NCBI GenBank assembly: GCA_016839765.1
Contig: JAEOTP010000068.1
Span: forward strand, 1-64,000
Reading direction: 5' to 3'
Source: Promethearchaeota archaeon
Lineage (GTDB): Archaea; Asgardarchaeota; Lokiarchaeia; Sigyniarchaeales; SOKP01
Length of the DNA: 64,000 bases
Every line of letters begins with the position of its first letter. Within the stretch, counting starts at the first letter, position 1. Below the pieces are notes generated by a model. The model had not been told where the DNA came from. It saw only the letters and a program-made list of their open reading frames with translations, and did no database searches. Positions 1 through 9,615 of the stretch are shown in pieces. A program made the position numbers and the translations under genes.

Positions 1-3000
1 CCATGTAAATTGAAATTTGTTTGTCCTCTATCGACCTCACGTGGCACTGGCCCACTATCAATATCTACAATAATTTGCTCATCTACAATAAAGTAAGAAA
101 AATTGTAATATGAGCCCCAATTCGCATATATTTGATGTGGTCCTGCCGTAATAGCTGTAGTATATAATAGTTGAGCAAAACCAGAACTTGTTGTGCTGGT
201 TCCAATTGGATAATTTTGTGTAACATCATAAAAAGTTATAATTTGTCCATCTGCGACTGGAATCCCGCCCCACGTGATATTTACAGAAAGGTCGAGATGA
301 TCGCCACGATTTATAAGAGGTTGATTATACATATCTGAGGTAGTTCCATTTATCCAAAAATTAAATGATAATGTTGCAGGGGTAGAAATTAATAATTGAT
401 GTGAAAAAGTATAGGATGTATCCAAATCTATTGATGATAAAGTAAAGAAATAAGGATAGATTGGATGCCACATATAATCAATTGTTCCATTAAAATCTAA
501 TCTTAAGGTATAATTCCCTGTTGGAGTATTTGAATCTACTTCAAAGTATAAATTAAAATATCCATTAAAATCAGTATAAAAGGATTCACTTGGAATTAAG
601 TTAGACGAATAATCTGATCCACTTTGACTGAACAGTCTTAATCGTAATATACATTCTCTTAAAGGATTATCGTTTGTTGCATCATGAATTCGTCCTTCAA
701 TATTGAACTGGGTGTTTGTACCTCCTGAACCAGTACGATTAATTTCCCTTGGGGTGGGTCCAGAAAAGATATTTAGTATTGGTGGTTCATTTAAAATAAA
801 GTAAGAGTAATTTTCTTCTAAATTATGTTTTGCATATAATAGATTTGGACCAGCTGTGAAACTTGCATCCGCTGGATAAGTAATTGAGGCATATCCACTC
901 GCATTTGAAATAGCATTTCCTAATTCAAAACGTACTCCTATATCATCATAATAATAGAAATAAATTCTTTTTCCTTGAACAGGACCTTCATTCTCAAGCA
1001 TAGCTCTTGCTGTAAGAATTATTGGATCGTCTCTAAAAATAACAGGGTTAGTGGCATTATTTGCAGGATAGCTATTAATATAAAATAATACAGACAATGC
1101 TTTTGTTATGGTAAGTCCTATTTTTTGACTTGATTGGTTAATTCGTGGTATATTAGAAATATTATTGATCATAGGTAAATAAAATGTTCCATTAACATCA
1201 ACCCTTATTTCATATTGACCTGATGGAACGCTGCGATTGATATTAATAAATTCATTAAACTCACCATTAAAATCAGTATATTGGGTTGATGGGATAAAAG
1301 GATTGAAGACATGATTATTTGTGCCATTTTGGAGTAATGTGAAATTTACTTCAACATTATTCACACGCTTTAAGTTTAACGTATCATATACATATCCCTG
1401 TACATGCGTATAATCTTGTTGAGAACGGTTTACGATTATTGGATCTACAAGTGTTAGGTTAACTCCAATTTCTCCATCAATAGTAAAGCTTGTATAATTG
1501 GCAATTAAAGGGTTTAATCTTGCTTCTATTACATGGGATCCAACTACTTTTGAGGTATCTATATCTAATAGAATTGAAGCTTCTCCATCATTATCAGTGA
1601 AGTTATAACCAAGAATTTCATTAGTACTTACATCCATAAAAGTAATTCTCATATTACTTATAGGTGCAGCAACGTTAGAACTCAAATATGCGGTTATATT
1701 CACAGTATCTTTTGGTCGAGAACAGATATAAGGATATGTAAGATTAGTAAAAACGGAAAGACTATAATTTAGTCCTGTTATAGGACTTCCACCGCCTCCA
1801 AAACTATCAAATAAGAGATCCATTTGTACCCATTGACCATTTCCAGAAAGATCCGATGGCACATAAATCTCTGCCCAATTATAGAGATTTTTATACTTGA
1901 TTGCAAAATTATTGCCTTCAACTGGATCAATATCTTCTTGGATGCCAAAACTATTAAATCCATCAACAAATCTGCTTGCTACTCCAAAAATCCTGCAGAA
2001 CACACAAAAGGCAGAGGCAAAATCAGACCATACACCTACTCGAGTTTCACAAAACCAATCCACAGCGTCTCTTCCTGGAGGAGCAGGATTATAACTGCTT
2101 GGATCAAGTGGAAATGTAAAATAGGTTTGGAGATGATTTCTTATCTTATTAGCAACTACAAAAGCATTATCATTTTCGCTTATTGTGTTATTTAATATAT
2201 TATAGGTCTGACTAACATAATAATTATTTATTAAATATGTATTTATAGAAGGAGGTAATTGTAAATATCGATTTTGTATGATGGCTGGTGTATAAATCGC
2301 TTGCTCAGCAGTATTATTGACATCATCATTCGAGGGAAGGTTTAAGCCAAACATATAATAACTCATGTTTACATCTGCTTCACTAGTAAAAGTAAGATCC
2401 ATTGTAGTACTATTAAAATCATCTTTATATAATTTAGGATCATCTGGTGCTGTCAGTACCATATTGGGAGCAAAAACCGAACCATCAATAACATATGGAT
2501 TTGGAAAAAGAGTAGGGGTAACCATAGAATTTATTCCTAAAGTAGGATTTAATGGCATTTTTATTTTCAGTAAATCTTTATCAGAATGATATTTAAGCCA
2601 ATCATCATAAGAATAATAATTATAACTTTGAGTGGAAGCAGTTGAGTGCCATCCATCTCCTGTATATTCATCAAAACATTCATATTTCCATAATTTATTA
2701 GTCATTGCATTGAAATCACTATAATAAAAAACTCTAAATACTTCAATTTCAGAAGCTAATAAGCCTAAAATACTTTGTGAAAAATTTCCTAAATCTAAAT
2801 CATCAATATCACCATCAAACATATCTTGTAGTGAGTCTAATAAGTCTTGCAGTTGATCTTGAGATAAATTTAAATTATCAAAAATATCAGACCAATTAAA
2901 GGGTATGGGAATGAATACCGGATTTCCCTCCTCATATTCTGCTTCCGATAATTGGTCGCTAGGAAAGGGTCTTTGACTACCAAAAAGTAAACTATAAAGA

Positions 3001-3110
3001 AGTACAGAAAAAGCAAATAGGGAAATTAGCAAGATAGTAACAAGAAATATCCCAATTACTCGCTTTTTATTAATAGGTGAAATTAATAAATCTTCACGAA
3101 ATTCTGACAT
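1..3110 (-). CDS. Large membrane-anchored/secreted surface protein: N-terminal TM anchor, transglutaminase-like (TgpA-type) domain with substituted catalytic residues, then Ig-like beta-rich repeats; 3' end runs off the window
   Basis: Not in the ORF track because its stop lies outside the window. ATG at 3110 gives MSEFREDLLISPINKKRVIGIFLVTILLISLFAFSVLLYSLLFG. TG-core motifs DWFCETRVGVWSDFASAFCVFCRIFGVASRFVDGF, YNWAEIYVP, GQWVQMD. Repeated TDxxG beta motifs and many N-x-S/T sequons. I translated the frame by hand down to about 1190; the rest is assumed open. Confidence 0.85.
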   Translation of the reverse strand, partial: MSEFREDLLISPINKKRVIGIFLVTILLISLFAFSVLLYSLLFGSQRPFPSDQLSEAEYEEGNPVFIPIPFNWSDIFDNLNLSQDQLQDLLDSLQDMFDGDIDDLDLGNFSQSILGLLASEIEVFRVFYYSDFNAMTNKLWKYECFDEYTGDGWHSTASTQSYNYYSYDDWLKYHSDKDLLKIKMPLNPTLGINSMVTPTLFPNPYVIDGSVFAPNMVLTAPDDPKLYKDDFNSTTMDLTFTSEADVNMSYYMFGLNLPSNDDVNNTAEQAIYTPAIIQNRYLQLPPSINTYLINNYYVSQTYNILNNTISENDNAFVVANKIRNHLQTYFTFPLDPSSYNPAPPGRDAVDWFCETRVGVWSDFASAFCVFCRIFGVASRFVDGFNSFGIQEDIDPVEGNNFAIKYKNLYNWAEIYVPSDLSGNGQWVQMDLLFDSFGGGGSPITGLNYSLSVFTNLTYPYICSRPKDTVNITAYLSSNVAAPISNMRITFMDVSTNEILGYNFTDNDGEASILLDIDTSKVVGSHVIEARLNPLIANYTSFTIDGEIGVNLTLVDPIIVNRSQQDYTHVQGYVYDTLNLKRVNNVEVNFTLLQNGTNNHVFNPFIPSTQYTDFNGEFNEFININRSVPSGQYEIRVDVNGTFYLPMINNISNIPRINQSSQKIGLTITKALSVLFYINSYPANNATNPVIFRDDPIILTARAMLENEGPVQGKRIYFYYYDDIGVRFELGNAISNASGYASITYPADASFTAGPNLLYAKHNLEENYSYFILNEPPILNIFSGPTPREINRTGSGGTNTQFNIEGRIHDATNDNPLRECILRLRLFSQSGSDYSSNLIPSESFYTDFNGYFNLYFEVDSNTPTGNYTLRLDFNGTIDYMWHPIYPYFFTLSSIDLDTSYTFSHQLLISTPATLSFNFWINGTTSDMYNQPLINRGDHLDLSVNITWGGIPVADGQIITFYDVTQNYPIGTSTTSSGFAQLLYTTAITAGPHQIYANWGSYYNFSYFIVDEQIIVDIDSGPVPREVDRGQTNFNLH

Positions 3111-3395
3111 ATATAATCAAATATTCCCTTAACATTTACAAAATTAAATTTGCAATACTAATTAAAATTATTATATAAATAATTTTCCTTATGAATTATT
3201 ATGATATGAAATATCTATAAATGAGTTTTTAAACTTATTTTAAAACTGTCTCTAATGATATTAATAATAAACTGAGAAATAAGAATTATTGAAGATTTAA
3301 GACAATAATTATTAAAAATATTTTTAATAATTAAAAACACTAACCCTTGATGCAATTCCGTAGTTGTTTTCGTTGAAAATTAACAAATTACTGCT

Positions 3396-4274
3396 TTAAA
3401 ATTCAAATCCACATTTAGTACAGACATTTTTCTTTGCATATTGTGGTTTTGGTATGTAACTGATTATCTTGGTTTTATCTTCAACTTCCTTAATTGCAAA
3501 ACCAGAAGCACCACAATTTGGGCAGATTCTCCTTGATCCACCAAGTTCAACTCCTACATCTTGGGAAGGAGTAGATGTTGGGGCGGTAGATGCTCCAAAA
3601 GAAGGACTACTTCCAAATGTTGATGTTTGAGATGTAATTCCTTGTGCTAAACTAGATGGCATAACTGGTTTGGGTTCTTTTAATTCCTGAATCCTCCTTT
3701 CTTTATAGGTTAACTCTTCCTGCAATTTATTGATTTGTGATTGAAGGGGACCAATTTGTTGCTGTAAATTCATATTTTCTTGTTGAACTCGCTGGAGCTG
3801 ACCTTGTAGCTGTGGTAATTGTGCTTGCAATTGTGCTTTTTCATTGTTTATTTGATTAATTTGATTTTGATAGGTTTCTATAGTGGCTTGAAGATTTTGG
3901 ACTTTAGAAGTTAATTGGTTTATTTGATGATCCTTTTCATGAACTTGTGCATTTAAATTAGCAAATTGAGTATTAACACTTTGGAGTTGATTTTCTAAAT
4001 CCCTGAGACGTGCTTCTCTTTCTTGAACTTGACTCATTGCTGCATTATATTCTGCTTGTGATGGCCCACTTGGAATTGATGGTTCAGGTTCATATGTCGG
4101 GTATGAGGGCGCAGGTGTAGGTGGTGGAGGGGTTATTGGTGGTATGGATGGTGGAGGCATCGTTGGAGGAGGGACGGTAGGTGGGGGCATAGAAGGAGGT
4201 CTTAAAGGAGGGGGTGAGGGTTTTTTTGGTTCTTCTTCGTCTTCTCTTTCATATTCGTATGAAATTATAATCAC
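3396..4274 (-). CDS. Proline-rich / coiled-coil / C-terminal zinc-ribbon protein
   Basis: PPP[ST][MVI] repeats, a long Gln/Asn-rich heptad region, and C-terminal CPNCG...CTKCG. The true start may be ATT at 4265. Confidence 0.85.
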   Translation of the reverse strand: MIIISYEYEREDEEEPKKPSPPPLRPPSMPPPTVPPPTMPPPSIPPITPPPPTPAPSYPTYEPEPSIPSGPSQAEYNAAMSQVQEREARLRDLENQLQSVNTQFANLNAQVHEKDHQINQLTSKVQNLQATIETYQNQINQINNEKAQLQAQLPQLQGQLQRVQQENMNLQQQIGPLQSQINKLQEELTYKERRIQELKEPKPVMPSSLAQGITSQTSTFGSSPSFGASTAPTSTPSQDVGVELGGSRRICPNCGASGFAIKEVEDKTKIISYIPKPQYAKKNVCTKCGFEF

Positions 4275-4381
4275 CTTTTTTATTATTTATAAAAAATGAT
4301 CTAATTTGTAACTTTAATAGTGAACTAACTTTATAAATTATCGCACAAAAGTTAAAGAAAAAGAGTAATAATTTAAAGAAA

Positions 4382-5473
4382 TTAGAAGCACTTCCAATAA
4401 GGACTTAGTATCTCCTTTAATTTCGGTATTAATTTATTATTCATATAATCTAATAGTTCTTTATCTGATTTTTTAGGTTTCTCCTCAATTAATTGATCAT
4501 ACTTATCATTAAGAACTTGTAAACAATTATAAACGGCTTTTGCTTGTTTATCAACCTCGTAGCCTCCTTCCAATGTAATTAGAATACGATCATTTGCAAA
4601 TTCCTTAGCAATTGTTTTAATTTTTTTTAAGTAATTTGCTGGTGCTTGGTAAGTCCATCCCATCATTGTTAATTCATCTGTCCAATGTGTATCGAAGCCT
4701 GCTGATATGAGAATAAATTCAGGCTTAAATTCATTACAAATGGGCGCGATTATTTCGTCGAAATAAAGAGAAATTACATCATCAGCAGCCCTAGGAGGCA
4801 TGGGATAATTAATTATTTTACCTTTTCCTTTTCCTGTACCTATTTCACCAATAAATCCACTTCCAGGATAAAGAGTCCTCCCATCCTGATGAGAGTTAAA
4901 CATTACTAATTCTCCATCAGATTTTGATCCATTGAAAAATATATCTTGAGTACCATTACCGTGATGACAGTCCCAATCAATAATAGCAATTCTTTTAATG
5001 TTTTTCTCTCTAAAAAGATATTCTGCTGTAATAGCAATATTATTGAATATGCAAAATCCTGAAAACTTATGCGAATTAGAATGATGGCCGGGAGGCCTTA
5101 CTAATGCAAATGCATTTTTACAATTTCCATTCAGAATTTCATCCGCAGCTTGTAAATTTCCTCCAACGGAATATAATGAGGCTTCATATGTCATTGGTGA
5201 TGCATCTGTATCCATATCAATATGTTGGATACGACCGGTTTTTTCAGCTAATTCACAAACAGATTGAATTTCTTTAATTAAGCCTTCTCTATGGACATAT
5301 TTTATCTGTTCTAAAGTTGCTTTTCTTGGTTTTATTAATTTAAAATCTGAATCTTCTAATACTTTTTTTTCATTTAAAAAATCCATTATTACAATAAGTC
5401 TTTCATGACTCTCTACGTGCGTGCCTATCCTATGTTGTAGATAAATATCATCATATACTATTCCAGTTGTCAT
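4382..5473 (-). CDS. Histone deacetylase / AcuC-family Zn-dependent deacetylase
   Basis: RPPGHH, GFCIFNN, DWDCHHGNGTQD, SAGFD and LEGGY motifs are intact. ATG at 5473 follows AGAGG. Confidence 0.95.
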   Translation of the reverse strand: MTTGIVYDDIYLQHRIGTHVESHERLIVIMDFLNEKKVLEDSDFKLIKPRKATLEQIKYVHREGLIKEIQSVCELAEKTGRIQHIDMDTDASPMTYEASLYSVGGNLQAADEILNGNCKNAFALVRPPGHHSNSHKFSGFCIFNNIAITAEYLFREKNIKRIAIIDWDCHHGNGTQDIFFNGSKSDGELVMFNSHQDGRTLYPGSGFIGEIGTGKGKGKIINYPMPPRAADDVISLYFDEIIAPICNEFKPEFILISAGFDTHWTDELTMMGWTYQAPANYLKKIKTIAKEFANDRILITLEGGYEVDKQAKAVYNCLQVLNDKYDQLIEEKPKKSDKELLDYMNNKLIPKLKEILSPYWKCF

Positions 5474-5602
5474 CAATATTTCCTCTTATAAGTTTAATAA
5501 TCTTATTTTAGTTTAATTTTGGGTTTTAATTTATTTAATACTTACATATTTTTATTTTAAATCTATTATGTATTATTACATAATAATAACTATTAAGAAA
5601 AT

Positions 5603-6136
5603 TTGAAAATAACAATGGTTTATCGAACATACAATTTAAAGATCATAATTATTGGAGATCCTGGAGTTGGAAAAACGAGTTTAGTAAAGAAGTTTGTATC
5701 AAGGCAATTCTCCAGAGATTACAAAGCATCTATAGGCACAAATTTATTTATCAAGAAAATAGTTTCGGATTCTGATGAGGAGATATCGCTTAATATTTGG
5801 GATATAGCAGGACAGGAACGTTGGGTAAAAATGAGACATTTATATTATAGTGGTTCGGATGGAGCTTTAATTGTGGGAGATCTTACACGAAAGAATACTT
5901 TTTATCAAATTACTAAATTTTGGATACCAGATTTGAAAAAAAATTGCAGTGGTATTCCAATTATATTACTAGCAAATAAAAATGATCTTAAATCAGATAT
6001 TTCAAAAACAGAGATTGAGGAAATTAGCAATAAAATAAATGCTAATTCAATATTATATACTTCAGCAAAAAATGGAGAACATGTTGAAGAATCATTCAAA
6101 TTGATATCAGAATTATCTTTAAAATTCTCACATTAA
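5603..6136 (+). CDS. Small Ras-superfamily (Rab-like) GTPase
   Basis: G1 GDPGVGKTS, G2 SIG, G3 WDIAGQE, G4 NKND, G5 SAK. No C-terminal Cys prenylation motif. The start may be ATG at 5615. Confidence 0.95.
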   Translation: MKITMVYRTYNLKIIIIGDPGVGKTSLVKKFVSRQFSRDYKASIGTNLFIKKIVSDSDEEISLNIWDIAGQERWVKMRHLYYSGSDGALIVGDLTRKNTFYQITKFWIPDLKKNCSGIPIILLANKNDLKSDISKTEIEEISNKINANSILYTSAKNGEHVEESFKLISELSLKFSH

Positions 6137-6172
6137 TTTTTAATGTAATTTAGAATAGAAAATTTTATTCTA

Positions 6173-7159
6173 TTAATCGATTTTGACTATAGTTTTTATA
6201 AATTTTCTTTCTCCAGGATTTAAAATCATTTTAAATGTGTCTTGCATATCTTTTAATGATATAATTTTGGAGATATAATCATCAGCGTTAACTTTATTCT
6301 TAGCAAAAAAATCGATTGAATTTAAAATATCTTCTCGATCATGACTTATACATCCTTTTATACAGATTTCTTTTAAATTTATTAAAGATAAAGGAAAATT
6401 AACTTTTCCTTTATATAGTCCTTCAAGGAGAATTGTTCCTCCTTTTTTTATTAAATTTATTGCCATAAGCATTGACTTTTCATTACCAGCACAATCAAAA
6501 ATGAAAGATGGTTCCCCATAGGTTTTAACAAAGTTCTTGACTTTGGTTATACTAGGAGAAACAGCCTCTGTGGCTCCAAATTGTAGGGCTTTCTCTCTTA
6601 AATAAAAATGGGGCTCAATTACTCCAATATAATTGGGATTCTTTTCATGTAATAAATATTTTAAGAAACATAATCCAATATTTCCTCCACCTATTATGAC
6701 TATATTTTGCTTATCTTCAATATTAGATAATCTCGTACCTCTTACTGCATTAGCAAATGATTCAATCATTACTGCTTCTTTTGTTGAAATTTTTGGAGGT
6801 ATATGAAATAAATATTCCATAGGTACTTTTACATATTCTGCAAAACCACCATCTTCAAACACACCCATTTCACTAAATTTTCTTTGACTTATATCAAGAG
6901 CAACATTTATTCCACATACCTTATCACCAATTTTAGCCCCTGATACATTTTCTCTTATTTCAACTACTTCGCCTGTAAATTCATGACCCATAATCAATGG
7001 CACTTGATACAATTTTAATTTAAAATTCGTAATATCAGTTCCACATATCCCACAATAATGAACTTTTACAATTACTTCATCTTTTCCCGCAGTAGGTCTA
7101 GGATAATCCTCTTTATAAACAATTTTTTGAACATCCTCAAAAACAGCGGCTTTAATCAA
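6173..7159 (-). CDS. Zn-dependent medium-chain alcohol/threonine/sorbitol dehydrogenase (MDR)
   Basis: CGICGTD, MGHEFTG and GGGNIG. The four-Cys structural-Zn lobe is absent. Confidence 0.9.
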   Translation of the reverse strand: MIKAAVFEDVQKIVYKEDYPRPTAGKDEVIVKVHYCGICGTDITNFKLKLYQVPLIMGHEFTGEVVEIRENVSGAKIGDKVCGINVALDISQRKFSEMGVFEDGGFAEYVKVPMEYLFHIPPKISTKEAVMIESFANAVRGTRLSNIEDKQNIVIIGGGNIGLCFLKYLLHEKNPNYIGVIEPHFYLREKALQFGATEAVSPSITKVKNFVKTYGEPSFIFDCAGNEKSMLMAINLIKKGGTILLEGLYKGKVNFPLSLINLKEICIKGCISHDREDILNSIDFFAKNKVNADDYISKIISLKDMQDTFKMILNPGERKFIKTIVKID

Positions 7160-7309
7160 TAATCATCTCTTTTTTTCATAATTTCATTTAAATATAATTG
7201 AATTAGCATAATAAAAGCTTTTTCTAAATAAACAAATAGTCTTCTCATTGAAGTAAAAAACGTTTAATAATAAAATTTAATGAATATTTAAATAGAAATT
7301 AATTTCTAT

Positions 7310-9436
7310 TTATTCTTCCTTATTTATGAACTTTATAAAATTATTCCTTGGCTCATATAAAGTCCCTTCCTTTATTAATTCTTCGAGAGCATCCCTAATC
7401 CATTTTTCATCTAAATCCTCTTCTACATCAAGAATTTGAATTATAGCTTTCTTCTCCATTGATTTCCAATTATTTTCTTCAAATATTTCTTTTAATCTAT
7501 TTAACAATTTATCAAGTTTATTAATTGAACTCCTAGATTGACCAACTAAAATTCTATCCATATCTATTTTTCCAGTTGTCTCATCATAACCCGTATCTTT
7601 TAAATATCTTTTAAATAGTTTTATTACTTCATCTACATCTTCCTTAAGTACCTTACTCCTTAATGCCATTTTAGCATAAGCTTCGCTTAATCTGACAAGT
7701 GCATCTAAATTTCTTGCTAAGATTGATACAACAGCATCTTCACTTTCATATTGGCCTCTTAAATCTAAATAAAATTCTTTTATGTGTTCTTTAGCTTCTT
7801 CTGTTATTAAAGGATGACAAGTTTTCCGAGCATGTTTAATATATTTTTTTAAGAAATCTCCCGATATCGGAGAGATTTTATTATTTTCATCTGTAATTGT
7901 TTGATTTGCACTAATCATAGAATTCTGAAGTATGAATTCAGCCATTTGAGCATCCTCAGTAGGATTTGGTCTGTCAATAACTACAAAAATTAGATCAAAT
8001 CGTGATAATAGAGAGGGTGGTAAATGGATATTTTGAGTTGGAGTTTTGTATCGGTCATATCTTCCTGATCGAGGATTTGCTGCTGCAATAATTGCTGTTT
8101 GTGCTTTTAATGTTGCTACAATACCAGCCTTAGCTATACTAACAGTTTGTTGTTCCATCTGTTCATGTAGAGCAGATCTATCAGCAGGATTCATCTTATC
8201 AAATTCATCAATAGCTGCAACACCACCATTGGCTAATACAACTGCACCTGCTTCAAGGTTCATTTGTCCTGTATCAGAATCTTTAATAACCGCTGCCGTT
8301 AAGCCAACGGCCGTAGATCCTTTCCCAGATGTGTAAAGTCCTCGCGGTGATATATCAATTGCGCTTTTGAGGATTTCACTTTTGCCAGTCCCGGGATCTC
8401 CTACAAATAACACATGTATTTCTCCTCTCTTATAACTACCGTCAGGCTTCTGTTTTCTAGTACCTGCAAATAAACTTAAAGCACATGCCATTTTAAGTTC
8501 ATCCCTTCCATAAATCGTAGGAGCAATGGATCGAGCAATTTTTCTTTGGATCATTGGTTCTTTTGATAAATTTTTAATTTCTTTTAGATCTTCTTTTGAT
8601 AGTTCTATGATGTCTTCTGTTTTATCTTCTGAATCGATAAAATTTACTTCAATGAAGGTTTTAAATAAAGTGCTATTTATGTTTTTAATCGATTGGGCTA
8701 TAACCGATTTGAATATACCAATAATTTTTACCCTATCTCCTGGTTTTACAAAATCCACTAAGTCTTGTATTAAAATTGCTTGATTAGATCTAGGAATTCT
8801 ACCAGGCGGTAAATCTTCAGGGATTTCTTGTATCATAATACTTTGCCAATCTATAAATAAAGAATTTTTAGATATTAATCTAAAATCTGATTGTGCCTTA
8901 GCCTTACATCTTTTATTAATACAGAATTTTGGCCACTTTATTTTTGATGTAAGTTGAATCACTTCAAACTGAGAACCACATATTGTACATTCAAAAGTTG
9001 CTTTCACTAACTTTGGTCTTATTGTTGAACTTCTAACTACAATTCCATTGAAACATACTAATGTATCAATATTTTTCGCTCTCAGTCCTCTTAAAGGTAA
9101 AATTAATGGACTATTTTCATCTTTTGTGGTAATCCTAACGTAAAATTCCTGACTGGTTTTGCCTCCTCCTTGAAATTTCAAAATATTTTCAAAAGCTTCA
9201 GCAGCATCTTCTAGCAACAATTCAGGATCGTTTTTAAGCATTTCAGCGATTTGAGAGTCAAAAGCCAATAAATCCTCATATAATATGATTAGAGTATTAC
9301 CACCTTTGGATATAATGTCATTAATTTGGTCTTGATACTTATATACTCCTGGCCTATCTTCGAATAACCTTATAAAATCCTCAAATCGCTGAACTTGATG
9401 AATAGGAATACTGGGACTAGTTGCAGGTGTAGCCAA
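7310..9436 (-). CDS. mcm: MCM replicative helicase
   Basis: Zn finger CTICG..CINKRC, Walker A GDPGTGKS, Walker B IDEFDKM, Arg finger SRFD, C-terminal winged helix. TTG start 6 nt after the GGTGA SD. Confidence 0.98.
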   Translation of the reverse strand: MATPATSPSIPIHQVQRFEDFIRLFEDRPGVYKYQDQINDIISKGGNTLIILYEDLLAFDSQIAEMLKNDPELLLEDAAEAFENILKFQGGGKTSQEFYVRITTKDENSPLILPLRGLRAKNIDTLVCFNGIVVRSSTIRPKLVKATFECTICGSQFEVIQLTSKIKWPKFCINKRCKAKAQSDFRLISKNSLFIDWQSIMIQEIPEDLPPGRIPRSNQAILIQDLVDFVKPGDRVKIIGIFKSVIAQSIKNINSTLFKTFIEVNFIDSEDKTEDIIELSKEDLKEIKNLSKEPMIQRKIARSIAPTIYGRDELKMACALSLFAGTRKQKPDGSYKRGEIHVLFVGDPGTGKSEILKSAIDISPRGLYTSGKGSTAVGLTAAVIKDSDTGQMNLEAGAVVLANGGVAAIDEFDKMNPADRSALHEQMEQQTVSIAKAGIVATLKAQTAIIAAANPRSGRYDRYKTPTQNIHLPPSLLSRFDLIFVVIDRPNPTEDAQMAEFILQNSMISANQTITDENNKISPISGDFLKKYIKHARKTCHPLITEEAKEHIKEFYLDLRGQYESEDAVVSILARNLDALVRLSEAYAKMALRSKVLKEDVDEVIKLFKRYLKDTGYDETTGKIDMDRILVGQSRSSINKLDKLLNRLKEIFEENNWKSMEKKAIIQILDVEEDLDEKWIRDALEELIKEGTLYEPRNNFIKFINKEE

Positions 9437-9615
9437 GAAAATTCACCTTAATATTTAAATTGATATACCCAAATTATTTTTAATGATATTTTAATTCGTT
9501 ATATTAACGATTTAAGCTTATTAAACTGCAAATAAAATTTTTTAGAAAAAAGTAAAGAGAGAGATATAGTTTAGTGAAATATAGATTGATTTTTATTTTC
9601 AATTAACGAAAATTT

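Noticed and set aside
1778-2589. Four short ORFs in the track (1778-1969, 1824-2195, 1897-2094, 2365-2589)
   Set aside because: They overlap the long minus-strand surface-protein frame (ATG 3110) that the track omitted; they are shadow ORFs.
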